64,000 nt of DNA from a virus (lineage: Duplodnaviria > Caudoviricetes), in the IMG/VR virus record IMGVR_UViG_2568526700_000003, positions 5,222-69,221 of that record. One strand, 5' to 3'. The notes beneath the pieces are model-generated. The model ran no database searches, was not told the DNA's origin, and saw only the letters and a list, made by a program, of their open reading frames with translations. Below, in pieces: positions 60,203 to 64,000 of the stretch; the stretch's first letter is position 1; each line of letters starts with the position of its first letter. The translations under genes and the position numbers were made by a program.

Positions 60203-60494
60203 ATGACAGCACAAATTTCAGCCTACGGGCGGCTGGTGGCTGACCCTCAGACCAGAACGACGAACAGCGGCACCAGCATGACAATCGGGCGTTTAGCGGT
60301 GGCACTGCCCTGCCATGCAGCAGAGGGCGGAGAGGTTACTTTCTGGCTGGGCGTGGTGGCATTCAGTAAACAGGCCGACGCACTGGCAGGACACGTTAAA
60401 GGCGATTTAGTTAGTGTTTCCGGAACGATGCAGGTCAACCAGTGGACGGGCAAGGATGGCAGCACACAGCAGGGTTATTAGGTAGTGGCAGACA
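60203..60494 (+). pseudogene. ssb: ssb copy 2, 5' part (interrupted by pehX)
   Basis: GRLVADP..KGDLVSVSG OB-fold motifs; TAG at the Gln codon, then VVAD. Confidence 0.8.
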
Positions 60495-60515
60495 TCCCTG
60501 TCTCGCCTTTACAGC

Positions 60516-62486
60516 TTATTTTTTACTGGCTTCAAGAATAATTTTTTTATCGCCCAAGGCGGTGACTTGCTCTTTGTTGTGATTATCTTGCACACTAATC
60601 TTCTCAACGTTGGCGAACTGCCACGCCTGAGGTGTATTCAGGAAAGTCACATTGTTAAACTCGCTATCCCGTAAAAAGCTGATATCGGTCGGCGGACTAT
60701 TTCTAAATTGTACGTTGTAGAAATGCAGATTCTGATGATAAGCATCACGCGGGAAAGTAATGTGATAGTCATCTGCCATTTCGCCCATCGTCATACCATC
60801 CACCAGGATACTTGATTTTGCCTTGGTACCATCAACCGTAATATTTTCCACCAGCACATCTTTAAACTGTGCCGGTAACTGGGCTGGCAGTGTATCGTTA
60901 ACGTCGGCACTGTATTTGATGGTAAAGATAAACGGTTCTTTCGCAATATCCTTCATGGCGTTGTTGCGGAACACCACTTCCCGCACCCCACCACCATAGT
61001 AAGGACGGCTCTTCATCCGTAAGCCAACGTCAGTTTGATACATCACATTATCTTCAGCGCGGATTTTTTCGATCCAGGCCCCAGTGTGACTACCGGTGAC
61101 GATCGCCCCGTGCCCTTTACGGAAATAGTTATTGAAGATCCATGCACCGCTTTGCGCCTTTTGGTGGTGGATTTCAGTTTCTTTTCCAAACCCAGCGGCA
61201 AAGTTGACACTGTCATCGCCGGTATTAAAGACGTTATTAAACACAATGCTATTTTGACTATTGCCAAACTCGATACCATCGGCATTATTACCATCGAAAG
61301 TCTGGTGCGTCAGACCATTGGCGGTAATATCCTTTGATCCTAATACCATGATGCCATGGAACGCAGGATTACGAACGGTTAACCCGGCAATATAGAACCC
61401 GTCAACACCACGCATCGTCATCAGGCTGGAGCGACGATTTTTGTAAGCCCGGTTAATCTCCTCACCTTCGGCTACGGCTTGCTCTGTTTGATTCCTGGCA
61501 AGGATACCATCTTTACTGATATTGTTCGCATTGCTGGCTCGGTACTGAGGAAGCGTATCCCCCAATTCATCAGTTATCTCGCCAGCGCCGCCAGGCTTAA
61601 CCCCTCGTTGCCATCCGTTACCGTCGATGATTCCGCTGCCAACGATACGGATATTTTTAAATGTCCCGGGAGGCGTTTCGCCTTTATCCGGGTAAGCATA
61701 GGCATTAATAAGTGAAGGGGGACGCAGTGGCTGAGGATGCTCTTTATAGTGATAGAGGTAATAACCTTTATCTAGTGGATAATCTTTAGAATCATCAGAG
61801 CCCAGCAAGGTGGCATTTTTATCGATCTCTAAGGTCATGTCGCTGTGCAGGAACAATGCGCCTGTTTTATACACGCCATCGGCAATCAAGACTTTACATC
61901 CCTGAGGGAAGCGCACGATAGTGCAATCGTCAATCGCATGTTGAATGATTTCAGTATTTACTGACTTTCCATCGCCTTTTGCACCAAGGTTTTTAATATC
62001 AATGATATGTGGTGATGTTGTGGTGCGTGTTTTCAATTCCGTACTTTGGGAAGACTCTGTTCCGTCGTCATAAAGCGCCCGTACAACGAAGGTGTATTCG
62101 TGATCGGGTTGTAGACCGACGGCAGTGAAGGTGCGTAAATCAATTTTCTGTGCCCAGCCATCATTTGCCAGCTTACTATAAAAATTGTCGATGTAGGCCT
62201 TTGCCGGTGAAAATGTGTCCTGATTTTTCCGCGCGGTACCTAGCCGCACACCATCGCGATATACCACATAATCAACGATAGTTTTATCGGCACTGGGTGG
62301 CTTTTCCCATATCAGGACCATACTCTTATCATCGGCGGATAAAGGTGGTGTCATCACGTGCAGCGGAGCTGTGTTTTCTGCGGGCGAGAACGTCTGCTCT
62401 GCTGCGATAACCTGAGTACTGCCGATGGACGTACCGGCCAAGATTATACTCAGTGTTAGCATAGTACGAGATGTGCGTATGCTCAT
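60516..62486 (-). CDS. pehX: Exo-poly-alpha-D-galacturonosidase (FN3 + GH28)
   Basis: Signal peptide, FN3 domain, GH28 motifs NADG, GDD, GHG and RMKS. Confidence 0.9.
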   Translation of the reverse strand: MSIRTSRTMLTLSIILAGTSIGSTQVIAAEQTFSPAENTAPLHVMTPPLSADDKSMVLIWEKPPSADKTIVDYVVYRDGVRLGTARKNQDTFSPAKAYIDNFYSKLANDGWAQKIDLRTFTAVGLQPDHEYTFVVRALYDDGTESSQSTELKTRTTTSPHIIDIKNLGAKGDGKSVNTEIIQHAIDDCTIVRFPQGCKVLIADGVYKTGALFLHSDMTLEIDKNATLLGSDDSKDYPLDKGYYLYHYKEHPQPLRPPSLINAYAYPDKGETPPGTFKNIRIVGSGIIDGNGWQRGVKPGGAGEITDELGDTLPQYRASNANNISKDGILARNQTEQAVAEGEEINRAYKNRRSSLMTMRGVDGFYIAGLTVRNPAFHGIMVLGSKDITANGLTHQTFDGNNADGIEFGNSQNSIVFNNVFNTGDDSVNFAAGFGKETEIHHQKAQSGAWIFNNYFRKGHGAIVTGSHTGAWIEKIRAEDNVMYQTDVGLRMKSRPYYGGGVREVVFRNNAMKDIAKEPFIFTIKYSADVNDTLPAQLPAQFKDVLVENITVDGTKAKSSILVDGMTMGEMADDYHITFPRDAYHQNLHFYNVQFRNSPPTDISFLRDSEFNNVTFLNTPQAWQFANVEKISVQDNHNKEQVTALGDKKIILEASKK

Positions 62487-62595
62487 TAATCGATATCCCT
62501 CAAAAGAAACGTAAATCCAATAAAAATAAAACTATATTTTACTTTTATCAATGTGCAAAATCTGAGACAAGGCTCATACTTGCAGAAACAGAGGG

Positions 62596-62761
62596 CAGTA
62601 TTATCAGTGCCAGAACAGTACGCCCTGGCGTTAAACGTGCCGAGTCAGTCAAAGCAAATGAAGCCAGCAGAGTCTATATAGCGCAATCCGCGCCGGGATG
62701 GAGGCTATACAACACACCTGATGATTTTGAACAGCGGCCGCCGTTTGATGATGATTTTTGA
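62596..62761 (+). pseudogene. ssb: ssb copy 2, 3' part
   Basis: SIISARTVRPG...PFDDDF continues the 5' part. Confidence 0.75.
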
Positions 62762-62902
62762 ACAAGGGATTAAACCAATGAGCACAAGGAACACAATAAG
62801 CATTAAGCGTAAGCCGCAGGATATTTACCAGAAGCCGCAGCGAAACTGCGCATTCAATGTGCGTACTACTTGACGAATGCTAACGGTGGTATTGCGTACA
62901 GA

Positions 62903-63077
62903 AATTGCGAATTCGCAGTAATTTCTAAGCGCGAATTGCGAATTCGCAAAATGGTGGAGAGGCTTGATATTTCTGGCTTGGGCGCTATCCGTTCGCAGTA
63001 GATGGCGGAAGTTAGATATACAGTTTTATTAAGGTTTGTTAAGGTTTGTTAAGGTTTTGCGCACAAAAATGCGCACA
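62903..63077. repeat. Repeat cluster upstream of the terS operon
   Basis: AATTGCGAATTCGCA x2 (62903, 62934), TTAAGGTTT(G) x3 (63029-63057), TGCGCACA x2. Confidence 0.8.
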
Positions 63078-63089
63078 GTGAGCCGTTAA

Positions 63090-63469
63090 ATGAAAAAAAA
63101 AGCCAACAATCAAGATCAGGATGGGGTGGCAAGCGTGCCGGCGCCGGAGCACCCTACGGCAACACGAACGCGGTTAAGCATGGTGAACGGAGTCGGAGGG
63201 CATTCTTTCCGCTGGAAGGCGTTGATGAGCTTTCTCCGTTGCTAAAAAACAGGATACGTAACCTGATGCTGGCTGAACATCTCGGCCCGCTCATACAAAG
63301 CGACCCGGAGTACGGAACAGAGGCGTGGCGAGAAATGGCACTTCTCAACGGTATGATGGGCTTGCATACTGACCGCATAATGAGGCTTGAGTTGCAGAAA
63401 GCGAAAGCCGATCACGCGCGCGCCAGACTGGAGCTGATAAGGCTTAAAAAGCGTCTGTCCTCCAAATGA
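63090..63469 (+). pseudogene. GAP.GN.NA.KHG-motif (TerS-associated) protein, out of frame at an A9 run
   Basis: ATG, then A9; the -1 frame reads WGGKRAGAGAPYGNTNAVKHG and stays open to 63469. Confidence 0.6.
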
Positions 63470-63526
63470 GTGATTTGCTGGCTTGTGGCCGTGAGAATTC
63501 TGGACAGTTCTGGACGGATGGGGAAT

Positions 63527-64000
63527 ATGGCGACGTTAAAGGCTGAGTGTAAAATATTTATTGTCCAATCCATTGCGTGCTACGAAACACCTTCTCAGGT
63601 AGTGGAGTCCGTAAGGGAGAAATTTGGTATTAAAATCTCCCGCCAGCAGGTCGAATCACACGACCCGACGAAGGTCAGCAGCAAGGGGCTGGCTCAAAAA
63701 TGGGTAGACATATTCAACGCCACCCGTGAGCGCTTCTGTAAAGAAACATCGGACATTCCGATCGCCAACAAGGCCTATCGTCTGCGCGTCCTCGACAGAA
63801 TGGCTGCAGACGCCGAGAGCATGAAGAATTATGGAATGACGGCCGATATTCTGGAGCAGGCAGCGAAAGAGGTTGGCGGAGTGTACACCAGCAGGCTGAA
63901 TGCAGAGCATGCGGACAAAATCAGCGGTACCGCTCAGAACCAGTCTACGGGGCTTAGCCCAGAAGAAGCCTCTGAGGCCTACAAGAAGATGATGAAATAA
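63527..64000 (+). CDS. terS: Satellite terminase small subunit (DUF2280)
   Basis: Shares QQVESHDPTKVS, FNATRERF, SDIPIANKAYRLRVL and AESMKNYGMTA with the prophage TerS. Confidence 0.88.
   Translation: MATLKAECKIFIVQSIACYETPSQVVESVREKFGIKISRQQVESHDPTKVSSKGLAQKWVDIFNATRERFCKETSDIPIANKAYRLRVLDRMAADAESMKNYGMTADILEQAAKEVGGVYTSRLNAEHADKISGTAQNQSTGLSPEEASEAYKKMMK

Larger units (their letters stand above)
40604..64000. mobile_element. PICI/P4-like satellite island with mosaic cargo, possibly two fused elements; right end not seen
   Basis: int-alpA-ant-c4/icd-DUF927-ori-ssb, then a second alpA/ori/ssb set and terS; no capsid genes visible. Confidence 0.8.

Noticed and set aside
60516-62486. Phage capsule depolymerase
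   Set aside because: Has a signal peptide, FN3 domain and GH28 motifs of periplasmic PehX; no virion anchor

Overview
Enterobacterial (Klebsiella-like) chromosomal window made almost entirely of mobile DNA. Bases 1-40603 are the right-hand part of an apparently intact lambdoid siphovirus prophage: Red recombination, immunity, O/DnaB replication, nin region, Q, lysis, DUF2280 TerS/TerL, head, tail, and an SGNH-esterase receptor-binding protein. It ends at a 45-bp 3' copy of tRNA-Arg(UCU) (attR). Directly after it lies a PICI/P4-like satellite island: integrase, AlpA, antirepressor, c4/icd, DUF927 replicase, ori and a PD-Lambda-1/SNIPE-like defence gene. A mosaic, partly decayed cargo region follows. 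It contains a cassette with the same two borders as the prophage's cI-downstream ('rex slot') cassette, a lone tape-measure-like protein, a copy of the motif found upstream of the prophage terS, a pehX gene inserted into ssb, and a second DUF2280 TerS. All product calls come from motif and synteny recognition by eye; no searches were run.
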